Below the pieces are notes generated by a model that made no database searches, was not told the origin of the DNA, and worked only from the letters and a program-made list of their open reading frames with translations. A program made the position numbers and the translations under genes. From Amoebidium appalachense (taxonomy: Eukaryota > Protista > Ichthyosporea), in contig CAVNZM010000017.1 in assembly GCA_963693365.1 (NCBI GenBank), positions 4,702,708-4,766,707 of the forward strand: a DNA stretch of 64,000 bases. The letters run 5' to 3'. This document shows positions 1-12,369 of the stretch, in pieces (the first letter of the stretch is position 1; every line of letters starts with the position of its first letter).

Positions 1-20
1 TGCGTACTTTCAAACCCCCC

Positions 21-462
21 CAGTCTTCTTTCAGAGGTGTCCTTTCAGGACAGACCACTATGTGGAGACCGCTTTACTTCCATGCAACCGGGCATGGTTG
101 CTCTGTGTCGTGCATCTGTAAGCACATACGCATTTTTCGCTGCACTGCTTTAGTTTGCACACACATCTTTACCGTTTTGCTCACCTTGCTTGCATAAGCA
201 ACCCTGCTCGTCTTTGATTAAGACAGGTTGACCCTCCCAAGTTCAGTTGATGCTGCTGTCTGAGTTGGAGAGTCGTATATACGCAGCTAAGGGGTCGAAA
301 CTCAGACGCAATTGATGACTTGGGCCCTCCCTGAGGATGGGCTCTGCTTATGACGCATACTGTGCGCATGGCTGATGTTGCATACTTGAATGCGCCTTTG
401 CATGTGTCCTGCACCATGCTTCTCATCGTGTATATGTACTTCGTACCGTGGTCCGCATTCAA
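21..462 (+). mobile_element. Dispersed structured non-coding repeat, subfamily A (SINE/LINE-3'UTR-like), ending GCATTCAA + poly(C)
   Basis: Near-identical to the reverse complement of 25803-26202; its 3' part also matches 3112-3259. Internal stems: CATAAGCA 193-200/TGCTTATG 345-352, CCCAAG 236-241/CTTGGG 319-324, GTCTGAGTT 258-266/AACTCAGAC 299-307. C-runs on both sides. Confidence 0.75.
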
Positions 463-726
463 CCCCCCCCCCCTCCCCCTTCTTCCTGTACCGAGTATCG
501 AATCTCTTCAATGAAAGTCGATACACATCTGAGAATGTTTCAGTTAAGACATCCAAAAGCACGTTGAAAGACACTGCACCTCTATAGCAAAAAGGTAGAA
601 AGCACCGGCTTGCTACCTCTGCCCAACCTGCGTGCGAAAGAATGTATATTATGAAGATGTTTTCCCTACACCCCACTCGGTACGTGACACACAATGCTAA
701 TGCTGGACAGAGATTTGGGTGCCTGG

Positions 727-740
727 TTTTCCCGCCAAAA
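727..740 (+). promoter_or_regulatory. E2F-type site TTTTCCCGCCAAAA upstream of the FAN1-like gene
   Basis: Matches the TTTSSCGC E2F consensus, about 370 nt upstream of the ATG at 1108. A reverse CCAAT (GATTGG) lies at 957-962. Function is inferred. Confidence 0.45.
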
Positions 741-1107
741 ATGAAATCCTGCCCGGAGCGTGTTCAGTCGAACATAAACACACCTTCGCGCGGAGGCTCG
801 AGCAGTCTGTATGTAAAGGTTCATCGCTGATACTCTAGCTGCTCTGGTGTTGACGAAAGCATTTATGTAGCACATTTATGTAGCACATTTCCTATCTTTT
901 TTTTTTATAATACAGGGTACATCTCGGGCTTTTTGCCTTTCAAGTGTTCAGACGTTGATTGGCATGGTGACGAGTATGAATGGCCCTGCATAAATGTTAG
1001 TATGAAATCCTCTTGACAAAAGTAGTCGGTTTACGTAGAGGCATCACTATGCATTTTTATGGGGTTTAGTGCTTCCTAGTGCTCGTTTCCGGGCGAGTTC
1101 CCTCAGT

Positions 1108-1652
1108 ATGTCTATTAGCAACAAAAAGGCAAAGAATGGAGAAAGCGGTGGATTACAAGCTGGGGGACAGAGGACCAAGCAGACTACATTATCTTCGTTT
1201 TTCAACCGGAACAAGACAGGAGATGACAACAGTGGCGCAGGTATGTGTTTTCTGCACTATGCACGTGCACGTGTGTGTGCTTGTGTGTGCTTGTGTGTCC
1301 ATGCTCAGCCACGGGATCGCGCCTCTTGTCAACTCGTGGCACTCTTGTGCATGTGGTTGCATGGTCTGTGATGGGAGATGAGGTGTGGGAGAAGGAGGGA
1401 TCGTGGTAATACGGGTAGAGGGGGGGGGGGGGGGGGGGAGGGAAGGGGGGTTGCAAGCTCCCCAAAGGGTTACTCTGATTATTCCTTTGCATGTTAGTGG
1501 TATTCTCCCAACACTGCTGCACCTTGTGTGGCGACGTCCGAACGCCAACCTTGTGCTCAACAAGATTTGACATATGACTGGTGCGGATGTCATGTGTGTT
1601 TTATAATTCACGGCAAGAATCTGTGTTGCAAGATCTTGAAGAACTCCTCCTT

Positions 1653-1684
<32 letters not shown>

Positions 1685-3752
1685 CTCCCCCCTTTCCCAT
1701 TCCCCCGGCCCCTTTTAACTTTACTGTGTGAGATTGTACTTCATACCGAGTGCGCATCTTAACCCTTCCCCCCGGGCTTTTGTTTGCACAGCCGGCCCAG
1801 ATCCGTCAGTTCAGGCTACACCCCCAGAGCAGCCCAAAGCCAATTGGGGTGCGCTGGTTGACAAGAAAAGGCGCTGGGATGAGGCCATTGGAACACCCAA
1901 ACATGAACATGCACAGAAGGACGGTAGTAGCCAGCTCCTTGGCGGGCGCTCCTACGGCAAGAACTATGTCAATAGGTTCCAGGTAAAATCTGTAACACTG
2001 ATTTTCCGGAAAGTTCTAGGTTTTCTGTATCCAGATAGACTACGCAGAGTGCAATTTTGCTCCTTCCCCCCCTCGCCTCCTCCCCCCCCCCTTCCCCCAA
2101 AGCGTCTTCCTTCAAGCCCCCCCCCCCTCCCCCCCCCTCCCCTCCCCACCCCACCCCCCCCTTTCCCTTTACTCCTGAGCGATAGAGGGATATAGTCATG
2201 CGGGGCACTTCCTGCTTCCGGTGCCCCAAATTGGAGGGTTTACTTCTTCTCTTAACAGCAGCAAAAACGCTGATACGGGCATGAATACGAAGATGAAAAG
2301 GGTTAGTGGCCGGCACGGGGGGAGGGGGAGGGGGGGGGGGGGGGGGGGGGGGGGAGAGAGAGAGAGAGAGGGGGGGGGGGGGGGGGGGGAGCTGGATGGG
2401 AGAGGGTGCTTTTTAGCTACAGAAGGCAGGCGGGCATGTGTGGGGAGTTTGGTAAAATGAGTGGCTCTTCATCTTCGGGGGGTAAGAAGGGGGAAGGGGG
2501 GGGGGGGGGGGGGGGGGGGGAAGGGGTAGAAAGGTTGGGAACTAGGAGTGTACAGGGTTTATAACTTTTGTCGGGAAGAGAAGAGGGGCCGGTGTGTGTG
2601 TGTGTGTGTGTGTGTGGGGCGGGGGGAGGGGGGGAGGGGGGGGGAGGGGGGGGGGGGGGGGGGGGCAGCAAGTCATTGGTATTATGGGGTTTGTTGAGGT
2701 TGTGTTTTTTGCAGTTTCAAGGGTGAAAGGCTGCGTGGGGTGGACTGTTTTTTTTTTGTTTTTTTTTGTTTATCTATGACTGACTACATCTATGGCTGCA
2801 GGTATGTGTGGACGGATAGTTAGGAAAAGTGGTGGTGGTGGTGGTGGTACTCGTGTTCAACCGGCGGCGGGAGGGCTGGGGAGGGGGTGGTGGTGTATGT
2901 TTTCTGATTTCTCCTATTTCAGGACAACCGGCCCCCGGGTGTTGGTCCAGGGGGTGTAATGGACGGAATTAGGTGTGGGGGTTGGTGGTCACGTGCCGGA
3001 GATTATCGAGAGACGGGCCACCACAGGCCTTATGAGGGCAGCAATATGGCCATAATTGTGTCTGTGGCTATAAATAGCACGTAGTTTACCCCCCCCCCCC
3101 CTCTCTCTCCCCTTGGGCCCTCCCTGAGGATTTGCCCTGCCTATGACGAATACTGTGCGCATTGCTGATATTGCATACTTGAATGTTTTCCTTTGCATGT
3201 GCCCTGCACCATGCCTCTCATCGTGTATATGTACTTCGTACCGTGTTCCGCATTCGAAACCCCCTCTCTCTCTGCTCCCACCCCCCTCCCCCTTCCCCCC
3301 CCCCCCCCCCCCCCCCCCCCCTTGGCGGCCCAGCGGGACACAAATGCGCATACTGCCACCACCATCACCCTTCGTTCATATCCCTCCACACACATACATG
3401 CAGCTGTATATATCCTATTGGCATATAGACCTCTTATAAACCCCTGTGAAGATCCTACACTTAAGGATTCCTCCCCCCCCCCCCCCCCCTCCCCGCCCCG
3501 TTTTCCAAGGGTAAAGGAAAGAAAGAAAGAAAACAAAGGAATGTAAAAGGAAGGGGGGGGGGGGGGGGTGGGGGGGGGGGGAGGGGGGGGGGGGGGGGGG
3601 GGGGGGGGGAAAGGAAAGAAAAAGGGAGAAGAAAAAAATGAAAGAATTAACGAAAGAAACAAAGCTTAGGAAGAAAGGAAGCAATAGCTAACTTTGCCCG
3701 TCGTTTACCCCCACCCCCCCCACCCCCCCCCCCTCCACCACCACCATCATCA

Positions 3753-3787
<35 letters not shown>

Positions 3788-6700
3788 AAAGCAAGAAAGA
3801 AAGATAGAACGAAAAGAAAAGAACGAGCAGGCGGGGAGAGGGAGGGAGGGGAGGGGGGGGGGGGGGGGGGGGGGGTAAAGAAACAACGAAAGAAACACAC
3901 TAACATAGGAAGGGAGCAATTGTAACCATTACGCCCTATTCTCTCGTCTTCCTGCTTCCCCTTCCCTTCTCCCCACCCCCCTCCCCCCTCCCTGCCTTTT
4001 TTCCCTGTGTTTAACCCTCTCACTACACACACATAGGAGCACCAGCCACCTCTTCGACCAATCAGAACTGTCTACAGCCGCCGACATTCTCTCTCTCAGC
4101 CAATCCGCTCTCTCCCTTTTTTCCGAACTTTTTTACGGAAACGGCCGTACGCCCGTAAGGTGGACACGCGCATGTTCTCTTCCTTCTTCCTCTCTTCCTT
4201 CGTTTTCTGAATCTTTGGAGGAGATAAGGAGGGCGGGGTTGTGTGTGGTTGCACGAACATGGATGGATGAAAACGAACAGAATAAAGGTGCGTATTTATA
4301 TTTTCTTTCCCTGCCCCTTTCCCCTCCCCTCCCTCCGGCCCCCCTCCCCTCCTCCCCCCCCCCCCCCCCCCCCCCCCCCTTCCCTCCCCCTTCCCCCCCA
4401 CGCAAAAAAAGAAAATAAAGGGGGGGGGGGGACACACACACGCGCGCGCGCGCGCGCGCGCACAGATCATCCCTGTAGCTTCTCTGAGTGTGACGGCATG
4501 TGTCTAAATTAGGCAACGAAGATAACTTTGGGCAACTGTGGACAAAGATGGATTCCTTACTCGTTTAACCACTAAACAAGCGCTTGTTTTTTTTTGTTTT
4601 TTTTTTTTTTTTTTTTTTTTTTTGGTTTAGTACAACTGTGTACAGAGATGGATTCCATACTTAAATAAACCAGAACTTATTCTGTAGATCTTATAACTCT
4701 TGCAAGTCTCTAATACATAGGACTGTTTTTATGCATGAATGTACTCGTTTTGGAGGCAGACACACACAAGCACGTACACAGAGACACAACCTTACCTGGT
4801 GCACACATGTGCACTCATGTACTCGCTTTAAGCTAAGACGAATAAACTATGATACTATCGGTGCTTCATCTCCGTCACTCTCTAACCCCCCCCCCCCCCC
4901 CCTAAACCCCCGCCCCGTCCCCTCCCCCCTCTTCCTCTGCCCCCCCCCCTTCCCCCCCCCCCCCCCCCCCCCCAGGATGCGCCTGCTAATTATGCATACT
5001 CTTTTATGTATGGTTTGCACTCTGCATCGTGTTGTCCGTTGTTTATGTGTACTTCGTGCTTAATGACGCATTCACCCCCCCCCCCCCCCCTCCCCCCGCC
5101 CCCTTTCCCCGTCTGTCATGCATTGTATACTTCACACTCTGTAAAACACCTTTTACCCCCCCCCTCCCCCCCCCCCCCCCCCCATCCTCTAACACTTGTT
5201 CTGCTGTTAGGATCAAGGGCGCCCGTTCTTACTGTGGAAGAGGAGATAGAACTCTCATCTCAACTGCTCCAGCGCGATCTACGTTTATTGGCCAATAGCA
5301 TCGGGGCACGCCCAGTAATCAACCAATCAAACGCAAGCGCCCACAGATCGGGATCACCCTCTACTAACGGCAGCAACCATACGCCGGCGAGCTTTGAACG
5401 AAAATCGAGCTTTGGGGGTTGGAAAGATACAAAGGGAGGGGTTCTTTCGGTTTTGGCGACGAAAATTAGGGAGTGTGGGCAGTATAGCATGGCAAAGAAA
5501 ACACAAACGACAACGAAAAAAATGAGAGGCGGGTCGGGGAGTAGAGGGGGAAGGGGTGCGGGTGGGGGTGCGAGTAGGGGGTCTGTTGGAACTTCGGGGG
5601 GGTCTGATGGGCCGGAGTGGAGGGTGAAATTGCACGAGATGATTGGGTTGTGCCTGGCCCTTGATATGGAGAAGGTGAGCGTCGTGGCAGCAAATTCACC
5701 TCGATTTCTTTCTGCTCCCCAAATTATTCTTTTTCTCTTTGATGACGGGTCTGCTAGTTAGCCTTGATGCCAGCACAATTATTTTGGGCTTTCCTAGTAA
5801 AGAAAGGGGGGAAGGGGGGGAAGGGGAGGAAGGGGGGGGAGGAGGAGGAGGACTTGTATGGATGGGATTTGAGGCAGGAGCAAGGGAGGAGATTTGAAAG
5901 AGAAGATGCACGTTATTCGTGCACGTCCATGCATACACTACACGCTCACACATGTGCACACACGGGGATTTATGTACAGATACATACACACACGCGTGCA
6001 CACACACGCACTCATACACTCCCACTTGTGCACACACGTATACACACAGGCACGTGCACACACACACACACACACACGTATACACACATGCAAACACACA
6101 CATATATATGTATACAGGCAGAGCGCGTCTTCCGCATGCACCGTGCCGTTCTCATCAGCTCCAGCTACAATCCCGACGAGGCAGCATCACTTTTAAAACA
6201 ACCAATCAGCGAACTCTGTTTGCCATACAGTCACGTGCTACAATCACTGGTACTTCAAAAATATATCTCTCTCGAAAGTTTCTCTTCGGAACATGGAGGA
6301 CATGGGGTGTTGAGTGGACAACCTAGCAATGAAATCGAGGTAAATGATTTGTCAGCGAAAGAGGAAGATGTAAACGAGGCCACGGGAGATTTTTTCGAGA
6401 ATAGGGATGGTGCAGACGAATCCGCTGCCCGATCCCCTTCAGCACTCGACTACATGGATTCCACCAACGAAACGAAAGATAACAACGAAATCGAATGTGA
6501 ATCTAATGAGGAGCACGTAGGCCGCTCCGCAAATATTAAAACTAACAACGAGAGCTTATTGGTGATTTCTTTTGACGAGAGTTTCGAGGAGCACGAATCT
6601 GTTTTGGAGACAAAAGAGGAAACGAGGGAATGCACCCTGAATATGACGGGTTTGATCGATTCGGCGGTGGGGATGGAGTCTAACGGGTCGGGGGATGGAC

Positions 6701-8413
6701 GTGCACGTGATTTGCCGGAAGAGGTATACGATATCTACTCCCCCCCCCCCCCCCCCCTTCCTTCCCCCCTTCCACTTCTTTCATTCTTACCCCCTCCCCC
6801 CTCCCCCCCCCCCCCCCCCCCACCCACCCACCCACCCACCGCCCGCTGCCCCCCTAGAGAATGGGCTCTCTACGGTTGGATACTCATTTCTGTGTACTTT
6901 TTATTGCATGTCTGCATAAGGTTGTTCTGTGTGGATTTGTACTTCGTATTGTGTAACCGAAATACCCCCCCCCCCCCCCCCCCCCCCCCCTACCCCCCAC
7001 CCCACCCACCCACCCACCCATCCCCATCCCCCACCCCTCCCCCCGCCCCCGACTTTCATGTTCGTCTCTACACTATCGTTCATTGCCACCACCCTTGTCC
7101 GATATTGAACAGAAAGGAACACACGTTAACGCCCCCGCACAGACGCGCACAAGCACGCACCCGCACCCGCACACGCACACGCACACGCACAAGCACACGC
7201 ACATACACACACGAACACATCGATATCGCGTGAAAACTTTGGAGGGAGAAAAAAAAAAGAAAAAAAAAACCCCACCACTTCATGTCCCCAACACTGACTC
7301 ACCCCCCTCCCCCCTCCCCCCCTTTTTCCCTCAGGAACAAAACCTGTCCGTTCCACCCGTCGCTTCTTCGCCCAAAAAAGAAACCGATTACTCTCCATCG
7401 TCACACAATTCACCCGCCGACCCACAGAGCAACCAACCATCAAACCTCGTTTTCCCCACGCGTTATTCCCTTTTGTCATACGAATCTGCTCTCGCAGCTT
7501 CCGACACGATGGAAACAGCCGTAGGAAGAGGCGACTCATCCGTTGCGTACGAAATTCTACACATGGCGAGTGACGTAATTCTCGACGCGCCTCCGCTAAA
7601 CTCCGCTTTAACCACGTTAAACACTTTGAACGCTTCAATTTTAACCGGCCAATCGCATCGCCACGGGGGTGCGGATGCAATGAGTGTGTGGGTGGTTACT
7701 GTTTTTCGCGGTGTAGGTCTATTGGAGAGGGAGAAGAGATATGGGGAGGCTTTGCACTATTTGGGAATTGTTCTTCGTTGGGCGGGGAGGGTGTTGGAAA
7801 GGGTGGATGGGTGCCCCCCTCCCCCCGGGATCGATCTTGTTCCGTTGCCGTGTGGGTCGGTGTTACTTGGGGAGTTGTGGCTGCGATATGCAAAGTGAGC
7901 ACTCTTTAAACTAACCCCCCCCCCCCCCCCCCTCCCCCCGGCCTTTTTTTTTTTAAAAACCTTTGTGGTTTTTTGCATGCTTTCTTTTTTTCATGGTTGC
8001 TGCTCTCTAATGCATCAAACCCCCCCCCCCCCCCCAACCTCCCCCCAAAGGGCGCTCTCGTAGTTTTTACGCACATTCCGTGTGTGTTCCTCTCATTGCA
8101 TATCCGCCTTGTCTTACCTTTTGAATTTGTACTCCCTGCCGTCTATCGTGAACCTCACACTTAACCCCCCCCCTCCCCCCTTCCCCCCCCCGTCTTCGCC
8201 TTTTCCCCCCAACACCCCTTCTAGGATGGGCTCTGTTATGATGCATATTTTTTGCGCTTTTCAATCTGCATTATGTTGGCCGTAGTGCATGGGCTACTGC
8301 ATATCCTGTAACACCTTCTAACCCCTCCCCCCCCCCCCCCCCCCCCTCCCCTCGCACACACACACACACTTAAACCCCCTCCTCCGACCGCCTTCCCCTC
8401 CCCGCCCTTCAAG

Positions 8414-8453
<40 letters not shown>

Positions 8454-8574
8454 CCCCCATCCCCCTCCCTCTTTTCCCTCTCTCCCCTCCCCCCTCCCCC
8501 CCCTCACCCCTTCCCCCCTCCTCTTTTCTCCCTCCCCCCTCCCCCCCGCCCATCCCCTTTTCCCCTCCCCTCCC

Positions 8575-8641
<67 letters not shown>

Positions 8642-8728
8642 GCCCATCCCCTTTTCCCCTTCCCCGTCCCGCTCTCTCTCTCTCCCCCCCCCCCCCCCCC
8701 GCCCATCCCCTTTTCCCCTCCCCCGTCC

Positions 8729-8767
<39 letters not shown>

Positions 8768-8965
8768 CCCCCTCCCCCCCCCCCCCCCATCCCCTTTTCC
8801 CCTCCCCCCGTCCCGCTCTCTCTCTCTCTCTCTCCCTCACTCTCCCCCCCCCCCCCCCCCCCGCCCATCCCCTTTTCCCCTCCCCCGTCCCGCTCTCTCT
8901 CTCTCTCTCTCTCTCTCCCCCCCCCCCCTCCCCCCGCCCATCCCCTTTTCCCCTCCCCCCGTCCC

Positions 8966-9056
<91 letters not shown>

Positions 9057-9882
9057 CTCCCCCCCCCATTACCCTCTCCCTGCAGGGATCTCGACCATAC
9101 AGGGCGTAGGCGGGAGTCACTGTGTGCATACGAGGCCGGATCACGTGACGTGCACGTGGGTGGAGCGCAGCTGGTGAGCATGCAGAGGGCAATAGTGCGA
9201 CTAAGTGTGCCCCCACTGAGGTGGACTCGGCCGGTGTTCCCACTGCTCGACGGGTATGTAAAATATGTGTATAAAATATAAAAAATAGTAAATGTTACGT
9301 TAAACTTTACATAAGTAAATGTAAAATATAGCTCCCCCCGGCAATAGCGAGGCTCAGTGTGCCCCCACTGAGGTGGACTCGGCCGGTATTCCCACTGCTC
9401 GATATGTAGGCATAAGATATGTTTATAAAGTTAAAGAATTTAAAATGTTAATGGAAAAATATGCAAATGATATCGCAAAATACTTCCCCGTCCTCCTCCC
9501 CCTCCCTCGTCCCTCTACCTGCCTCACCACTCCGCTGATTATGTTGCATTCTACGTTTTGTTGGTGATGTTGTATACTTACATTTTTGCTGATTATGTTC
9601 CATTCTACGTTTTGTTGCTGATGTTGTATACTTACATTTTTGCTGATTATGCTGCATTCTACGTTTTGTTGGTGATGTTACATACTTACATTTTGGCTTT
9701 TGCATGTCATTGCGTGTCCTGTGTCCTGCACCGTGTTTCTCATCGTGTACTTGTATTTCGTACTGAGTTTCACATTCTACTCCCCCCTCCCCCTCCTCTT
9801 GCCCTGGTGTATGCTCTTTTGGCAAGATCTGCAATGTGTTGGCTGGCGTGAACGTGTACTTCACACTCTGGACCGCATTCCG

Positions 9883-9921
<39 letters not shown>

Positions 9922-9955
9922 AACTCCGGGGATTGATGTGGTCTGCTGATGTTGC

Positions 9956-10037
<82 letters not shown>

Positions 10038-10488
10038 GCATGTGTACTGTGTTATCCTTTGCTTTTTTTGATGAATACACGTGCTATTACTGAGCATACC
10101 TGCATTCATGCACGTACTGATATAGTATAAACACACATGCTCTGTATTACTGTCCGTGCCTTCTCATAAACACACACACACACACACACACACCTCGTGC
10201 TATGTATAAATATAAGTGCGCAAAATCGTCTTACACCTTCTATTTATTTATAGAGACGTGCTAATTATAAACACAAATGCAGGTTTAATGAACGGAAGGT
10301 TTGCGGTGTGAGGGTGGATAATGGGTCTGGGGGGACGACGTGGGTGCTTGGTGACGGACGGACGGGGTCGGTGGAGGACGTGGCGCTGTGTTGGTACCTG
10401 GAAAATACAAAACCCCGTAAGTGTTATGGCTTTTTTTTGGTTTTTTTTGTTGGGATTTCCGGGCTTCGATTATCGTTATCGATCTCCT

Positions 10489-10533
<45 letters not shown>

Positions 10534-10653
10534 CTCCCTGATTTGGAAGAAGACCTATGCATATTGGTGGCACTGTGTTGGAACCTGGAAAATACAAGAC
10601 CCTGTAAGTGTTTTTGGGTTATTCGTGACGGAGTTTCTGGTTTCGGTATCGTT

Positions 10654-10691
<38 letters not shown>

Positions 10692-10720
10692 TGTATGTGT
10701 GTGTGTGTGTGTGTGTGGGT

Positions 10721-10751
<31 letters not shown>

Positions 10752-11604
10752 GACAAAGGCTCTTTGTTGGTGTTGTGTTGCTTTTCAAATTAGAGAAACG
10801 GAGAGATGGATGGGTGGGAAGGGGGGGGGGGGGGGGGGGGGGGAGGTAAGGAGCAGAGGGGGAGGAAAAAAGGAGTGGGAAGGAAAAAAGGGTGGATGGT
10901 GTGTGAGTGTGTGTGTTTGGGGGGGGGGGGGGGGGGGGGGGGGGGGTCTGTGTTTCTATGATTTGTTTGACTGGTTGCTGATGAATCATTCTGTTTCAGC
11001 CGTAGGAGTGGATGGGACATGGCGAGGAATCCACGGAGAGAACGGGCCATTTCTAACCCTGTACGCAATATTGCTGTGGGATATACTTTTTCCTGCCAAA
11101 TATCCCGGACCCCCCTACTTTCAGACCCCCCTTCAGGATATGCCTATATGCCTGGCAAAGGGATTGATGCCAGATGGAAAAATGGCGGGGTTGGTTGAGG
11201 AAAGATGTAAGGAATTGAGCGACAAAGAGGGTGGTGTGTGTAGGGCGGTAGCGTTAATTCGTAAAGCGTACGCGAAATTTCTTGGGGTTCAATGTGCGGG
11301 TGTAAATTGGAAAAGAATGACTGAAGATGAGCTGGTTCAGTACGCTATCGGTCTTGGACCCCTCGCTCTAGGGGGAATTTGCAGACTTTTCTCCGAGGGG
11401 TGGGAGCAGTGGATGGGTGGGCTGCCCGATTTGTGCATGTGGGTGGAAGGGAGCGATGTGATTGGGCAAGGCAGAGGGGGGGCGAAGTTGGTGGAGGTGA
11501 AGGGGCCGGGGGATAGGTTGAGTGATAGGCAGATTGCTATGCTGGGGCAGTTGATTAGGTGGGGGGTGGAGGTGGAGGTGTGTTATGTGGTGCTGGCAGA
11601 GTGA
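1108..11604 (+). CDS. FAN1: Fanconi-associated nuclease 1-like protein (VRR-NUC domain), 10 exons
   Basis: Phase-consistent GT-AG exons: 1108-1240, 1792-1982, 2923-2972 (least certain), 4037-4287, 5211-5674, 6118-6723, 7335-7894, 9086-9253, 10283-10416, 11000-11604. FAN1-like motifs: [82 protein letters not shown], and the PD-(D/E)xK core GLPDL...[13 protein letters not shown]. Confidence 0.9.
3112..3259 (+). mobile_element. 5'-truncated subfamily A repeat in a FAN1 intron
   Basis: Aligns to 319-462 (CTTGGGCCCTCCCTGAGGA...GTACTTCGTACCGTG..CGCATTC); flanked by C/CT runs. Confidence 0.75.
4973..5074 (+). mobile_element. 5'-truncated subfamily B repeat in a FAN1 intron
   Basis: Aligns to 17396-17500 (TTATGCATACTCTT..TCTGCATCGTGTT..GTGTACTTCGT..GACGCATTCA + poly-C). 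Confidence 0.7.
6855..6964 (+). mobile_element. Diverged 3' fragment of the poly(C)-terminated repeat superfamily
   Basis: GAATGGGCTCT...TTGCATGTCTGCA...TGTACTTCGTA between C-runs. Confidence 0.5.
8221..8321 (+). mobile_element. Diverged 3' fragment of the poly(C)-terminated repeat superfamily
   Basis: AGGATGGGCTCTGTTATGATGCATA...CTGTAACACCTTCTAA + C-run. Confidence 0.5.
8450..9060. repeat. Compound minisatellite: about 7 units of CGCCCATCCCCTTTTCCCCTCCCCCGTCCCG-(CT)n-(C)n
   Basis: Unit visibly repeated about every 60-90 nt inside FAN1 intron 7. Confidence 0.85.
9341..9402 (+). repeat. Intronic duplicate of the 3' part of FAN1 exon 8
   Basis: GCAATAG..AGTGTGCCCCCACTGAGGTGGACTCGGCCGGT.TTCCCACTGCTCGA copies about 9189-9250. 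Confidence 0.85.
9533..9882 (+). mobile_element. Diverged subfamily A copy containing a 3 x 54-bp tandem repeat, followed by a further 3' fragment (9805-9882)
   Basis: GCTGATTATG recurs at 9534, 9588 and 9642. It is followed by TGTCCTGCACCGTGTTTCTCATCGTGTA..CACATTCTAC, then a second fragment ending GACCGCATTCCG + poly-C. Confidence 0.6.
10565..10618 (+). repeat. Intronic duplicate of the FAN1 exon 9 3' end including its GTAAGT donor
   Basis: GTGGCACTGTGTTGGAACCTGGAAAATACAAGACCCTGTAAGTG copies 10380-10423. Confidence 0.85.
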
Positions 11605-11636
11605 TGGGGCAGGGGGGGGGGGGGGGACAACTTTTG

Positions 11637-11679
<43 letters not shown>

Positions 11680-12290
11680 CGTGTGTGCGTGCGTGCGTGT
11701 GTGTGTGTGTGTGTGCGCGCGCGCGCGCATGTGTGTGTGGTGTTTGAGGGGATGGGGTGGGGGGGGGGGTTTGCTTGTGAATGTAGTGGTGGTGGGGTGG
11801 GGGATGGGGGTAGTGGTGTTAAGATTACTGTAACCGAATGCATTCAAAACACTTGGAATCTCACAGCTGCGTGATATGTACTCATTTGCTGGTATGGTTA
11901 TATGGTATCTCGATACATATTGCATATATTATCCTGAGAAATAAGTTGCTAAGCACAAACTCGTATGCCCCTGCGCGTATTAAATGCAATGATCCCATGT
12001 AATATAATATACTGTACACTCCAATCAATCAGTATTTTACATGGCCTCCGTTTGGTACCTTCAAAATTGGTTTTTTTTTTTTTTTTTGTGGTTTTTCTTT
12101 TATTGACGACTTTTTAGATCATGACTTTTTAATCATGATATTGCATGCATATATATGTACGTACATACAGGTACAGCCATATCAAATAGAGCACGTGTTT
12201 TTCTATTTACCAATGAATATACCACATGCAACATTGCGTCGTTATTAAAGTTCCACCCCCATTGGGCCGGGAGCCCCCCCTCCCCCCCGG

Positions 12291-12369
<79 letters not shown>

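Noticed and set aside
291-345. Hammerhead ribozyme (GAAA and CUGAGGA core motifs, Penelope-like) in the repeat
   Set aside because: The order GAAA...CUGANGA needs a type II topology, but only about 4 nt separate the putative cleavage triplet from CUGAGGA, so stem I cannot form. The required U of the NUH triplet is absent in most copies, and stem III would conflict with the covarying long hairpin.
181-462. Recurrent short ORFs in the repeat (for example [20 protein letters not shown]; also 25864-26052 and 48338-48628)
   Set aside because: Frames are not conserved between subfamilies and indels are not multiples of three; conservation follows base pairing, not codons.
4111-4160. Frameshift in FAN1 exon 4 to restore an LFLRK motif
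   Set aside because: The existing frame stays open through [13 protein letters not shown] and ends in the correct phase for the next exon, so no shift is needed.
8236-9243. Long low-complexity ORFs (poly-G/P, ER, HT, CV, LS repeats) throughout the ORF track
   Set aside because: They are translations of homopolymers and dinucleotide microsatellites that lack stop codons; most lie in introns of the modelled genes.
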